Source: Lentisphaeria bacterium (GTDB lineage Bacteria > Verrucomicrobiota > Lentisphaeria > JABSQK01 > JAWLHB01). From it: a DNA stretch of 64,000 nucleotides. Position 1 is the stretch's first letter; every line of letters starts with the position of its first letter. The translations under genes and the position numbers were made by a program. The notes beneath the pieces were generated by a model that did not search any database, had not been told where the DNA came from, and saw nothing but the letters and a program-made list of their open reading frames with translations. The stretch lies in contig JAWLHB010000003.1 of the NCBI GenBank assembly GCA_041690595.1, positions 186,001-250,000 on the forward strand, read 5' to 3'. Of this stretch, positions 1 to 10,400 are shown piece after piece.

Positions 1-536
1 TGGACCGCCTGGACAACATCGTCAATCAGATCCACACCTTTGCCAATCCCCCGGAATTGAGCTTTACCAAGATCGCTCCACGCGAGCTGGTTGAACGAGC
101 CAGCCGCGAGCTGAGCAGCATGTGCAAGTCCATGAATGCCGAAATTACCATCGAGCCCAAACTGGGGGAGCTGCCCCCCATCTACGGAGATCCCGCCCTG
201 CTTCAGGATGCCATCGGCCACTTGCTGCGCAACGCCCTCGAAGCCTCGCAACACAGCAAACCGCCCAGGATCACCATCACGCTCTCCACCAAAGCCGAAG
301 CCGTCGGCAACGCCAGCTTCCTGATCACCATTGACGACAATGGTCAAGGCATACCCGCCGATCGCTTGCAACGCGTCTTCTCACCCTTCAACACGACGAA
401 GACGCAAGGCATGGGACTCGGTCTCCCCATTGCCAGACGCACCGTTCTCGATCATGGCGGCTGGATCGTCATCGAGCCCCTCCCCGAGGGTACCCGCGTC
501 CTGATCTCCCTGCCACGCTCCCCAAAGCACTCCTGA
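1..536 (+). CDS. Sensor histidine kinase, C-terminal HATPase_c part (5'-truncated by window edge)
   Basis: Frame open from window start; N box (HLLRNALEA), G1 (DDNGQGI), F box (FSPFNTTK), G2 (GMGLGL). Confidence 0.9.
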   Translation, partial: DRLDNIVNQIHTFANPPELSFTKIAPRELVERASRELSSMCKSMNAEITIEPKLGELPPIYGDPALLQDAIGHLLRNALEASQHSKPPRITITLSTKAEAVGNASFLITIDDNGQGIPADRLQRVFSPFNTTKTQGMGLGLPIARRTVLDHGGWIVIEPLPEGTRVLISLPRSPKHS

Positions 537-599
537 ACGACGCGCTTCGCCCTGACTCACCCTTAGCGTCCCAGTCGGCGGAGAGCTTCGCCGCAACCA

Positions 600-890
600 G
601 AAGTTGCTGGCGACCACTCCCTGCCGTTGGTGCGCTGCGGATTCGATCTGCATCAGCAGAATGTTGCAACTCCAGCCGCTTTCGATGGCTGCCTGCATGT
701 ACTACTGGCGCGTGGTCAGATCTTTGACTCTGGCCATAAACACACCATGATGACCCCAAGGGATAGACAGCACCAAGTCGCCTGGAAAAAGTGCAACAAG
801 CTGTTGCACTTTTGGCCCGTTCTCAATTTCCTGTATCGTCTCCATAGAGTTCTCGGGGTGGCGCCACTCGCGCTGGATAGGATCAGACAT
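600..890 (-). pseudogene. Fragment of a DUF1016/YhcG (PDDEXK nuclease-associated) gene
   Basis: One frame reads VQQLVALF...IPWGHH...RQ*YMQAAIESGWSCNILLMQIESAAHQRQG..NF, matching the DUF1016 N-terminal pattern; TAG at 704-702 replaces the usual Trp; C-terminal domain absent. Confidence 0.75.
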
Positions 891-1143
891 TGACCAATGC
901 CGGATCGACATGGGGACGCAGCTTGGGCCGCAGTGCGTTTTTGGCGACCAGGCCGACCGGGCAGCCGAGCAACTCCTCCAAGCAAAACTGGCGCCAAACA
1001 GGGCCTTCCGGATCACGCCGAAACGGTCTCGTAACTCCGGCTTGGCGCGGGTCAGCAGCTTGAGAGCACGCTCTCAGTTCACACTTAGCCTCCTGCAGTT
1101 GATTTCGCACCTGAAACCGCTGGACGAGGTTGCCTAAAGAAGA

Positions 1144-1502
1144 TGGTGGAGGCGGGGGGAGTCGAACCCCCGTCCTAAGCAAGCATGACGATAACTTCTA
1201 CACGTTTAGTCTGCCTTTAATTGCTTATCGTCTCTCCACCTGTCAGCAGACGGGGCCAGCTTTGAGACTAGGTTTCTGTTGTTTTGCCTGTCACCCCGAA
1301 ACCGTGAGTGTCAGACTATCCCGATGAAAAACGCCTCTATCCCATATCGGGCGTCAAAGTAGAGGCGTCGCTGCAACGTTAGGCAGCGAGTGCGAGTTCA
1401 GTGTTCGCAGTTACTTGTTCGGCCGACTGATTAACGAGGCCAACGACCATCCTCGACGTGCCACTATCGCATCACTCACCCAGTCGAAGCCATTTCGCCC
1501 CC
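1144..1502 (-). ncRNA. ssrA: tmRNA (SsrA); tag ORF 1408-1379 encodes ANTELALAA*
   Basis: 5' GGGGGCG pairs with 3' CGCCUCC-ACCA including the G3.U wobble; T-arm GGTTCGACTCC; resume context GTAACT-GCG; tag ends LALAA-TAA. Confidence 0.97.
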
Positions 1503-1536
1503 ACATGAGATAAGCAAAGCTGAAAGTCTGTGCTAT

Positions 1537-1566
1537 AGTATACACCTGCCGCGGGCATAAGTTCAA
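1537..1566 (-). promoter_or_regulatory. Putative sigma70 promoter of ssrA
   Basis: TTGAAC-18 nt-TATACT about 35 nt upstream of the mature 5' end. Confidence 0.5.
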
Positions 1567-1675
1567 TCCGTGGCGTGGATAATTGGCACTTTCCGGATGA
1601 AGGAGAGGGGCTCAAGGGAGCGGGAGGGGACTTGGGAGGTCACAATCGGGTGCTTCAGGCATAGGGTTAGAGGCT

Positions 1676-3781
1676 ATGACAGAGAAGAATTTCCAGGTAA
1701 TGTTCAGTATCAAGTGGAAGATGTTGATCTTGATGCTGATCGTCTATTTCCTTCCGCTGACCCTCTTCTGGCTGGAAGCGCCGGGCTGGCTGATCGCGCT
1801 TGCGGGGATCATGTTGAGCCTGGTGGTGACTTGGTGGTGGCACTCGCGGGTGGTGGCGACGCGACAGCGGCTGGAACGACTGGAGTCGAAGCTGCCACAG
1901 TCCGCGGCCAAGCCCCTGCGCAGTTCGGCCTTTGCCGATGAGTTGACGGCACTGGTACATACCTACGATCGCTTCCTGACCAATCTCGAAGAAACCTTCA
2001 GCGAGATGAATACGCCCACCAACATGGGCACCGGTCCCTTCCGGCGCGATGGCACGCATACCGTCTACAAGGCGGCTCTTTCAACCGGCGAGCCGATTGT
2101 CGGCGAGGCCGCCATCCTGCCGAGACGCGTGGATGAAGATACCGATCTGGTCAACCAGTTGACCGGTGACGAAGCGATCGAGGTTTTCCTCGCCTCCGCC
2201 AATCAGTCGCGGGAAGAGCTGACAGAGCTGCGCGAGACGGCCGAGATCCGCCCGGCGGAAAAAGGCATTATCGATTTTCAGATCATGCTGCTGCAGGACA
2301 AGGCCCTGATGGAAGGCGTGGCCCAATGCCTCTCCGACAAGTTTACGTTGCCGGAGGCGCTGAACACGACCTTCGCCGTGATCGTCGGCAAACTGGAATC
2401 ATCCGCCAATGCGTACGTGAAGGCGCGCGCCACCGATTTCTTCGACCTCAAGCAGCGACTCTTCGACAACATCTACCGGCAGCTTCGCCCGGAGGTGAAC
2501 GAGTTTTATGAGACGACACGGGAGAAGGTCGTCTTCTGCGAGAGCATCTATCCGACAGATGTAGTGGCGCTGTACAAGGCCGGGGCGCGTGGCATTGTCT
2601 CGGTCCAAGGCACGGCGTCGTCGCATGCGGAGATCCTGCTGCAGTCCTTCAACCTGCCGTCGTTGACGAATCTGGAGGGGTTGCCCATCTACATGCTGCA
2701 GGGGCGCCAGGCGCTGGTGGACACCGTCAACAAGCACCTGATCATCGATCCGACTCCAGAGCAGATCGAGAATCTGACGCAGCCGACCCGCATTCACGTG
2801 CAGGATGTCATCCGTGAGCCGGTGAAGCTTGCCTCGGGTGAGCCCATGCGGGTGATGGCCACGATCAACAACGTGACCATCGAGTCGCGCCGGGCTCTGA
2901 CGGCAGGGGCTGACGGAGTTGGGCTTTTCCGCAGTGAAATGAGCTATATCGGCCGCCCCGATCTGCCCCTGGAAAACGAGCTTTACGATGAGTATCGGGT
3001 GCTGACGGATGTCTTCGGCGACCAGCCCGTGGCCATGCGAATGCTGGACTTGGGCAGCGACAAGCTGGCGATGTTTCAGCAGGACGACGAGCATGAAGAG
3101 AATCCCTGCATGGGCAACCGCTCGATGCGGCTGCTCATCCGCCGGCCAGATGTCTTTCGCACCCAGTTGCGAGCCATGCTGCGCGCGTCAACGCGCAACA
3201 CCTGCATCCTCTTCCCGATGATCAGCGGTTGGTACGAGCTGGGCAAGGTGCGCAGCATGATCGACAAGATCACCGGCGAGCTGCAGAATGAAGGATTTAC
3301 CCGCGTCGAGAAGGTGCAGTATGGCATCATGGTGGAGATTCCGGGGATCGTGGAACGTTTCGCGGATTATGTGGATGAATTCGACATCTTCAATATCGGT
3401 TCGAACGACCTGACTCAGTATGCGCTGGCTGCCGATCGCAACAACCGCAATGTCTCGGAGTACTACAGCTTCTATCACCCGTCCGTTCTGTCGATGATCC
3501 AGAAGGTCTGCGTGCTGGGAGCCGAACGACGCAAGGTGGTACGGCTGTGCGGCGAGATGTGCAGCGACATCTCGATGCTGCCGCTGGTGGTAGGCCTGGG
3601 CGTGCGCGAAATGAGCGCACATTCCTACGTAATCGCCAAGCTCAAGAATGGCCTGCGGCATCTGGATCTGCCATCCTGTGAGCAGTTGGCGCGGGCCGTC
3701 CTGCGTCGGCGCTCCGCCGAAGAGGCCCGAGCGGAAGTGGAGCTCTTCCTGCAGAGCCGGATGGAGGCGACGACACCATGA
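1676..3781 (+). CDS. PEP-protein phosphotransferase (PTS Enzyme I family) with N-terminal 2-TM/HAMP-like extension
   Basis: SSHAEI (phospho-His motif), GVGLFRSE, RMLDLGSDK, EENPCMGNR, GIMVEIP, IGSNDLTQY, CGEM; two hydrophobic helices in aa 10-56. Confidence 0.88.
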   Translation: MTEKNFQVMFSIKWKMLILMLIVYFLPLTLFWLEAPGWLIALAGIMLSLVVTWWWHSRVVATRQRLERLESKLPQSAAKPLRSSAFADELTALVHTYDRFLTNLEETFSEMNTPTNMGTGPFRRDGTHTVYKAALSTGEPIVGEAAILPRRVDEDTDLVNQLTGDEAIEVFLASANQSREELTELRETAEIRPAEKGIIDFQIMLLQDKALMEGVAQCLSDKFTLPEALNTTFAVIVGKLESSANAYVKARATDFFDLKQRLFDNIYRQLRPEVNEFYETTREKVVFCESIYPTDVVALYKAGARGIVSVQGTASSHAEILLQSFNLPSLTNLEGLPIYMLQGRQALVDTVNKHLIIDPTPEQIENLTQPTRIHVQDVIREPVKLASGEPMRVMATINNVTIESRRALTAGADGVGLFRSEMSYIGRPDLPLENELYDEYRVLTDVFGDQPVAMRMLDLGSDKLAMFQQDDEHEENPCMGNRSMRLLIRRPDVFRTQLRAMLRASTRNTCILFPMISGWYELGKVRSMIDKITGELQNEGFTRVEKVQYGIMVEIPGIVERFADYVDEFDIFNIGSNDLTQYALAADRNNRNVSEYYSFYHPSVLSMIQKVCVLGAERRKVVRLCGEMCSDISMLPLVVGLGVREMSAHSYVIAKLKNGLRHLDLPSCEQLARAVLRRRSAEEARAEVELFLQSRMEATTP

Positions 3782-4161
3782 CCAGGCGGCTGCCGTTGAG
3801 CTGGAAAGAGTGGTGGTACAGCGCGCTGCTAATCGTTGTTTACATTGCCATCTTTCACGTCTGGACCACGGTAAGCGACTATCCCGTGGTTGCGGTCAGC
3901 GGCGTACTGGTCGGGGTAACCTTGACCGCGCTCCTGATCGTCACTTGGCGAGGCGGCTATTTTACAACGCGGGTGGATATCTTCGCGCATGCGCTGGTGA
4001 TCGGTGACCTCGTTCTGGAGGCCGTGATGATCCGCAATCACGCCAATTACGATTTCTACTGGTGTGCCCTGGCCTATGCCGTGGTGCTCGCAGCCTACCG
4101 GGGCTATCGCCTGCGGACAACCGCCCCTCTCGACGAGCTGGCGGCGGACGGGGGACGATGA
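3778..4161 (+). CDS. Small integral membrane protein (about 4 TM), unknown function
   Basis: Four hydrophobic stretches; ATGA overlaps with both neighbours. Confidence 0.75.
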   Translation: MTRRLPLSWKEWWYSALLIVVYIAIFHVWTTVSDYPVVAVSGVLVGVTLTALLIVTWRGGYFTTRVDIFAHALVIGDLVLEAVMIRNHANYDFYWCALAYAVVLAAYRGYRLRTTAPLDELAADGGR

Positions 4162-7031
4162 CCGGCCTGGCGGACAAGCTGCGCCCTCACCTCGCGGGGG
4201 AAGTGCGCGACGATGCCTTCACGCGCAAGGTGTACAGCGTCGATGCTTCCATTTGCCAGATCGAGCCGCGCCTGGTGGTGCTGCCCAGGACGGCGGCGGA
4301 TGTCGAAGCGACGGTGGCGATCGCCCGTGCGGAAGGTATCCCGCTGGTGCCCCGTGGCGCTGGAACCGGCACTGCCGGAGGCTGCATCGGCGATGGCATC
4401 GTCATCGACTTCACTCGCTACATGCGCGGCATTCTGGAGATCGATCCGGAGCGCGGCGAGGCGCGTTGCGAAGTGGGCGTGGTCCAGGATCAGCTCAATC
4501 AGGCGGCAGCGCCACATGGGCTCCGCTTTGGCCCGGATACCTCGACCGGCAATCGCGCCACCCTCGGCGGCATGCTGGGCAACAACAGCTCCGGTGCCCA
4601 TTCCATGCGTTACGGGAAGACTGTCGACAATGTGCTCGGCGCGGAGGTGCTGCTGAGCACGGGAGAGTGGCTACGCGCGCAAGCCCTGGAGGAGAGCGCC
4701 TTTGCCGCACTGGCGGCAGAGAATGGTGCCAATGGCCGAATCCATGGCGCGGTGGAACGGATTCGCGGTGAGCTTCGGGATGAAATCGAGGGGCGATTTC
4801 CCAAGCTGCAGCGACGGGTCGCCGGCTACAATCTGGACGAAATGATCAAGCCGGGACCGCTCAACCTGACGAAGCTGCTGGCAGGCTCCGAGGGGACGCT
4901 GGGAATTGTCACGGAACTGACGGTGCAGCTCTCGCCATCGCCGGCCTGCGTCGGGTTGTGCGTGGTCCATGTGGCGGACCTGGTAGAAGGGCTGCGCCAG
5001 GTTCCGTGGATACTCGAGTCGGTTCCTTTTTCTCTCGAACTGGTGGACCATTTCATCATCGAGATGGGGTTGGAGAGCCCGATCGTGAAGGGGCGCCTTC
5101 CGTGGCTCGAAGGACGTCCGGATGGTCTGTTGATTGTGGAGTTCGACGGCGAGAGTCCGGCGGAAGTGGGGAGCAAGCTGGAACGCTTTGCCGCGGAGGC
5201 CCAGCGAAATCGCGTGGGCTACGCGCGGGTGCTGCTGCGGACGGCGGCAGATATCGGCAGTGTATGGACGCTGCGCAAAGCGGCCCTCGGGTTGTTGATG
5301 GCGCGGCGCAGCCATGAGCGGGCGATCGCCTTTCTGGAAGACGTGGCGGTTCCCCCGGAACATATCGGCGACTTTATTCATGATTTCCGCGCCTACACCC
5401 GCGGCATCGGCAAGGAAGTGGGGATGCTGGGCCATGCTGGTGTCGGGCAGATCCATACCCGCCCGATGATGGATCTGCATCAGCAGCACGATGTTCAGCT
5501 CATGCTCCAGATGATGGAAGATATCTGCGACATGGCCGCCGGCTACGGCGGGACCATCAGCGGCGAGCATGGCGATGGTCTCATCCGGTCCTGGCTGATC
5601 GAACGCGCCTTCGGCCCGACGCTGACGCATGCCTTCGCCGACGTCAAGGCCGCCTTCGATCCCATCAAGCTGATGAATCCCGGGAAGATTGTCGACCCCG
5701 GCCGACCGGAGAATCATCTGCGCTTTGGGCCACAGACGCGCTATCTGGAATTCAAGACCCAGTTCGACTGGTCAAAGGACGGGGGCTTTCCCTTTGCCGT
5801 TGAGATGTGCAACGGCAATGGCGAATGCCGGAAGCTGGACAAGGGTCCCATGTGTCCCTCCTATCAGGCCTCGCTGGATGAGTATCAGACAACGCGGGCG
5901 CGGGCCGTGGCGCTGCAGGCGATCGTGCGGGGAGAGGTCGACCGCCCTACCCTGGCGCACCCGGAGTTGTACCGTATTCTGGATCTCTGCCTGCAGTGCA
6001 AGGGTTGCCAGAGCGAGTGTCCGTCGCAGGTGGACATGGCCAGGATGAAGTCGGAAGTTCTTTATCACTATCAGGAAGAGCACGGCATTCCGTTTCGGTC
6101 ACGTCTCTTTGGTGCGATCGACACCATCAACCGCGTGGGCACGGCCGTCGCGCCGCTGGCCAACTGGGCACTTGGCCTGCGACTGGGGGGCTTTTTTAAG
6201 AAGCGGCTCGGCATCGCGGCGGAACGGGATCTGCCGCCTTTTACGCGCGAGCGCTTCACCCGCTGGTTTGCCAGCCGCGGCAGCAGACCGACCGCGACGC
6301 GCGGCAAGGTGGCGCTCTTCGTCGACACCTATACCGAGTTCAACTATCCAGCCATCGGTCAGGCAGCGGTGCAGGTACTCGAAGCGCTTGGCCATGAGGT
6401 CGTGCATGCGGGGTACAGCTGCTGCGGCCGTCCAATGATCTCCAAGGGGCTACTTCCCGGGGCCAAACAGAAGGCCCGGGACGTGGTGGAGCGCCTGCTG
6501 CCCCTGGCCATGGAGAATATTCCCATCGTGGGGCTGGAACCGAGCTGCATCCTGACGATCAAAGATGAATATCGCACGTTGATTCCCGGTGAGGCGACAG
6601 AGCAGGTGGCGGCACAGTGCATGACGATCGACGAATTCCTGGCGAGAGAGGTCAAGGCGGGTGCCTTTCAACTGCCCTTCCGCGCGCGGCAACGGCAGGT
6701 GTGGGTACATGCGCACTGCTATCAGAAGGCGGATGGCGGCAGCTCGCCGACTCTGGAGGTGCTGCGGGCAATTCCGGGACTCGAGGTGCGCGAAATCGAT
6801 AGTGGATGTTGCGGGATGGCGGGCAGTTTCGGCTATGAGGCGGAACACTACGAATTTTCATTGAAGGTTGGTGAGACGCGTCTTTTTCCAGCAGTGCGCA
6901 AGCTACCGGCGGACGCTATCGTGGTCGCGGACGGCATCAGCTGCCGCTCGCAGATCGCCCACGGTACAGATCGCCAAAGCGAGCATCTGGTCATGGTGGT
7001 TGCTGACGCTCTGACAACGACTAACTCTTGA
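4158..7031 (+). CDS. FAD-binding/Fe-S oxidoreductase (GlcD-GlcF fusion, YdiJ-like 2-hydroxyacid dehydrogenase)
   Basis: PRGAGTG, GSEGTLG, SGEHGDG, CNGNGEC, CLQCKGCQSECP, CCG domains; start at ATG 4158. Confidence 0.9.
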   Translation: MTGLADKLRPHLAGEVRDDAFTRKVYSVDASICQIEPRLVVLPRTAADVEATVAIARAEGIPLVPRGAGTGTAGGCIGDGIVIDFTRYMRGILEIDPERGEARCEVGVVQDQLNQAAAPHGLRFGPDTSTGNRATLGGMLGNNSSGAHSMRYGKTVDNVLGAEVLLSTGEWLRAQALEESAFAALAAENGANGRIHGAVERIRGELRDEIEGRFPKLQRRVAGYNLDEMIKPGPLNLTKLLAGSEGTLGIVTELTVQLSPSPACVGLCVVHVADLVEGLRQVPWILESVPFSLELVDHFIIEMGLESPIVKGRLPWLEGRPDGLLIVEFDGESPAEVGSKLERFAAEAQRNRVGYARVLLRTAADIGSVWTLRKAALGLLMARRSHERAIAFLEDVAVPPEHIGDFIHDFRAYTRGIGKEVGMLGHAGVGQIHTRPMMDLHQQHDVQLMLQMMEDICDMAAGYGGTISGEHGDGLIRSWLIERAFGPTLTHAFADVKAAFDPIKLMNPGKIVDPGRPENHLRFGPQTRYLEFKTQFDWSKDGGFPFAVEMCNGNGECRKLDKGPMCPSYQASLDEYQTTRARAVALQAIVRGEVDRPTLAHPELYRILDLCLQCKGCQSECPSQVDMARMKSEVLYHYQEEHGIPFRSRLFGAIDTINRVGTAVAPLANWALGLRLGGFFKKRLGIAAERDLPPFTRERFTRWFASRGSRPTATRGKVALFVDTYTEFNYPAIGQAAVQVLEALGHEVVHAGYSCCGRPMISKGLLPGAKQKARDVVERLLPLAMENIPIVGLEPSCILTIKDEYRTLIPGEATEQVAAQCMTIDEFLAREVKAGAFQLPFRARQRQVWVHAHCYQKADGGSSPTLEVLRAIPGLEVREIDSGCCGMAGSFGYEAEHYEFSLKVGETRLFPAVRKLPADAIVVADGISCRSQIAHGTDRQSEHLVMVVADALTTTNS

Positions 7032-7062
7032 TTTCAGTTTTACATCTGGTGGAGGTATTCAT

Positions 7063-7407
7063 ATGTTCTATTCAACGCGCTTCGGGATGATTTTTACGGT
7101 TGTTCTGGTCGTGCATGTGGTGATTGCGGGCGGCATCTATGCCGGATACAAGCTGCATGGGCGCCAGGCGGCGGCGCCCGCTGACAGCCCGCCCGAGGAG
7201 GTGGTCGAACCGCCGGCGGCGGGCGGGCAGGTGGCGCCGGTAGTGGAGGCATCACCCACAGTGTACGCGGTACAACCCGGTGATACGTACTGGGAAATCG
7301 CCCAGAAGCATGGTATCAGTGTGCAGCAGCTCAAGGAGTACAACGGACACGGCGCCAATCGCTTGCTGCGCGCTCACGAAACCTTGCGCATCCCGCCCAG
7401 GCGCTAA
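7063..7407 (+). CDS. Membrane-anchored LysM domain protein
   Basis: N-terminal TM, Pro/Ala linker, YAVQPGDTYWEIAQKHGISVQQLKEYN...LRIP; GGAGG RBS. Confidence 0.88.
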   Translation: MFYSTRFGMIFTVVLVVHVVIAGGIYAGYKLHGRQAAAPADSPPEEVVEPPAAGGQVAPVVEASPTVYAVQPGDTYWEIAQKHGISVQQLKEYNGHGANRLLRAHETLRIPPRR

Positions 7408-7425
7408 CCCACCGCACCAGGTATC

Positions 7426-10400
7426 ATGGTTGATGACCTCTATCCTCAGATACTGAAGGAACGCTATCGCCTGAAGGAACGTCTCGGCGAGGGCGGCATG
7501 GGGGTGGTCTATCGTTGCGAGGATATCCAGACTGGGGCGCAGCAGGCCGTCAAGTTTCTGACGCTGGAGCAGGTACTGAGCAAGGGGGGCGTGCAGCGCT
7601 TCACCCACGAAGCGCGCCTGCTGTCGCACCTCACGCACCCGAACATCGTCCATATCTATGACTACGGGGTCGAAGACGGGCTACCCTACCTGATCATGGA
7701 GCTGTGCTTGGGTACGGACGGAAAGCCGTTCACCCTCAAGCAATTACAGGAAGCATTCGAAGAGCGGCGTCTGGATGCGGAGACCCTGCTCAAGGTCATG
7801 CCGCAGATGCTCAGCGCGGTCAGTCTGCTGCACGAAAAGGGACTCATTCACCGGGATCTCAAGCCCGAGAACTTCCTGCTGAAAATCGATCCGACCGGGA
7901 ACCTCTCGCTCAAGCTGTCGGATTTCGGGTTGGTGGCGCTGTCGGGCGACGAGGAGATGCAGCGGCGATTCGAGCTGTCGATCAGTGTCTCCATGCAGGA
8001 GAGTGTGGTAAAGGATCGGGCTTGGGTCGGCACCTACGCCTTCATGAGTCCCGAGCAGAAACAGGGGACGCAGTTGGAGGCATCGAGCGACGTCTATTCG
8101 TTGGGGCTGATCCTCTATCGGCTGTGCACGGGCTACGAGCGGGTCAATCCGGAGTTGCCCTCGGAGGTGAATCCGCAACTGCCGGCCTGGATGGATACGC
8201 TCGTGGAGAAAGCGCTGAAGGAGAGCCCGCGGGAACGCTGGATGACGGCCGGCAAGATGATGGAGTTTCTGCCCGAGGCTTACCGTTTCGACCCGCGGCG
8301 GCCAAAGGCACAACCTCGGCAGGTACGGTGGCTGTTGCCGGCAACCTTTCTCCTGCTGGTGCTCATGACCGGGCTTTTCCACCTCCTTTCCACTTCCGGT
8401 TCGCCACGCGAACAGATGGATCGACAGGCCAAACAACTCAGCCTGCAGGTCAGCGTCTACGAGGAGAAGAGTCAGGTGCCGACAGCGGACACGCTGCCGC
8501 CGCATGTGCTCCGCCTGATTGGATCCGCTCACGCCGCCGATCTCGAAGAGCGCATGCGCGCGCGGGAAGCGCTGCGGCAAAGCGGACGGGAGTTGCTGCC
8601 CATACTGGGAGAGGCCATCATCGCCGAGAATGAAGAGGCGCGGCAGCAGGCAGCCACCGCCCTTGGCTATCTGGGAGTTGCCGATGCTTCGCCTTTGTTG
8701 CTGACGGCGCTGTACAGCGGGCCCGAGTCCGTGCGTCGGGCGGCGGCGGAATCGCTGGTGCTGCTGCGCCACCACGCCATACCGGAACTGACGGAAGCGC
8801 TGATGTCGCACGATGCCAACGCCCGGGGTTATGCACTCTATGCGTTGTCCTGCATTGGTGATCCAGCCTGGCCGGCATGGGTGAAGGCACTTGGCTCGCC
8901 GATCGATTCCATCCGCGACTATGCGAGCGAAATGCTGGCGCGGATTGGCCAACCGTCGATCCCCGGCCTCATCGAGAGTCTGGGCACCAGCCAGGCAGCG
9001 CCACGGCAGCTGGCCATCTCCTGCCTCACGCAGATCGGCGCGCCGGCAGCGCCCGAACTGATGTTGGCATTGCGCAACGAAAAGGCCACGGTGCGCGCTG
9101 GCGCGGTGGCGGTGCTGGGCCACCTGCACTGGGTCGATGCCACCCTGCCAATGACCGTGCTGCTGCGCGATGCCGAGGCGGACGTACGACTGGCGGCCGA
9201 GAGAGCCCTGATCGAGATTGGCGAACCCGCCGCGCCGGCCCTGCTGCGTGTCTTCCGCGAATCCGGACGAACCGCTTCCGAACATGCCGCCACCGCACTG
9301 GCGGCTATCGGCAAACCGACCGTGGCCAACCTGATGCGCGCGCTGATGACAGAGCCGCCGCCGGTTCGCGAACAGGTATGCAATGTTCTGGTCAGAATCG
9401 GTGATCCAGCAGTGCCTCAGCTAATCGAGACGCTCAACATCGGGGACACCGAGGTGCGGCAGCTCGCCGCGCGGGCTCTGGCGGCCATGCGAAGCACCCT
9501 GGCCATCCACTCCCTGCTGCGCCTGCTGGGTAGTGAAGATGCCATGGTGCGTCAGGTCGCCGCGCATGGGCTGAACCAGTTGCAGGCGGATTCCATACCA
9601 CACATCATCGAACTGTTGAAGGATGAGTCGCCTCTCATCCACCAGAACGCCCAGAAACTGCTTGGCAGACTGGCAGCCAACCAGCCGGACCAGCTCATTC
9701 CGGCGCTGGATCGCCCAGACCCCCTGATCCGCGTTCGTCTGGCGGAGGTCATGGTCTCGCTGAAGGCAGTGCAAACTTTTTCCTCGATCATCCGAGCGCT
9801 GGACGATCAGCGGCTGATCGAGGCGATGCTGGAGCAGAAAGATAGTGAGGAGCGCGTCAATCAACTGATTTTCCATCAACTGGATGTGCTGACGCGGACG
9901 AGCGACGCCGATGGCCGCGCCCGCGTCGAGCGAACGATAGTGCGTCTCGGGAATCGGGCGATTCCCGGTCTTGTGCAGGCACTGCTGACGCGAGACCACC
10001 AGGATCCCACGGATCCGGCTCTGTTGCTGGGGCGCATCGGCACTCCGGAAGTCGTTCCGCCACTCGTGCGAGCCCTGCGTCACGATGGCAACCGCTATCC
10101 GCGGCTCAACATTGCCGCCGCGCAGGGACTGGGTGAAGCTCGGCGGCTGGCCGCGGTGCCCCCTCTGTGCCAGAGCCAGCGCTGGAACAACTCCTTGCTG
10201 CGGCAGGCCGCCGTAGAGGCACTGGGGAAGATTGCCCATTCGACTGCGATTCCCAGCTTGACGCGCGCACTCGGGGACGAGAGTGACAATGTTCGGGCCG
10301 CGGCGGCGGAGGCACTCGGAATGATTGGCTCCGCGGAAGCGTTGCCGGCGCTGCAGCAGGCTGCCGAGGATCCCGATCCACTCACGCGAAGCCAGATCGC

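Noticed and set aside
910..1137. 75-aa plus-strand ORF next to tmRNA as an integrase or transposase remnant
   Set aside because: No recognisable catalytic motif or att repeat
1144..1175. Possible tRNA gene
   Set aside because: The T-arm and CCA belong to tmRNA: the matching 5' end is 359 nt away with a tag ORF between
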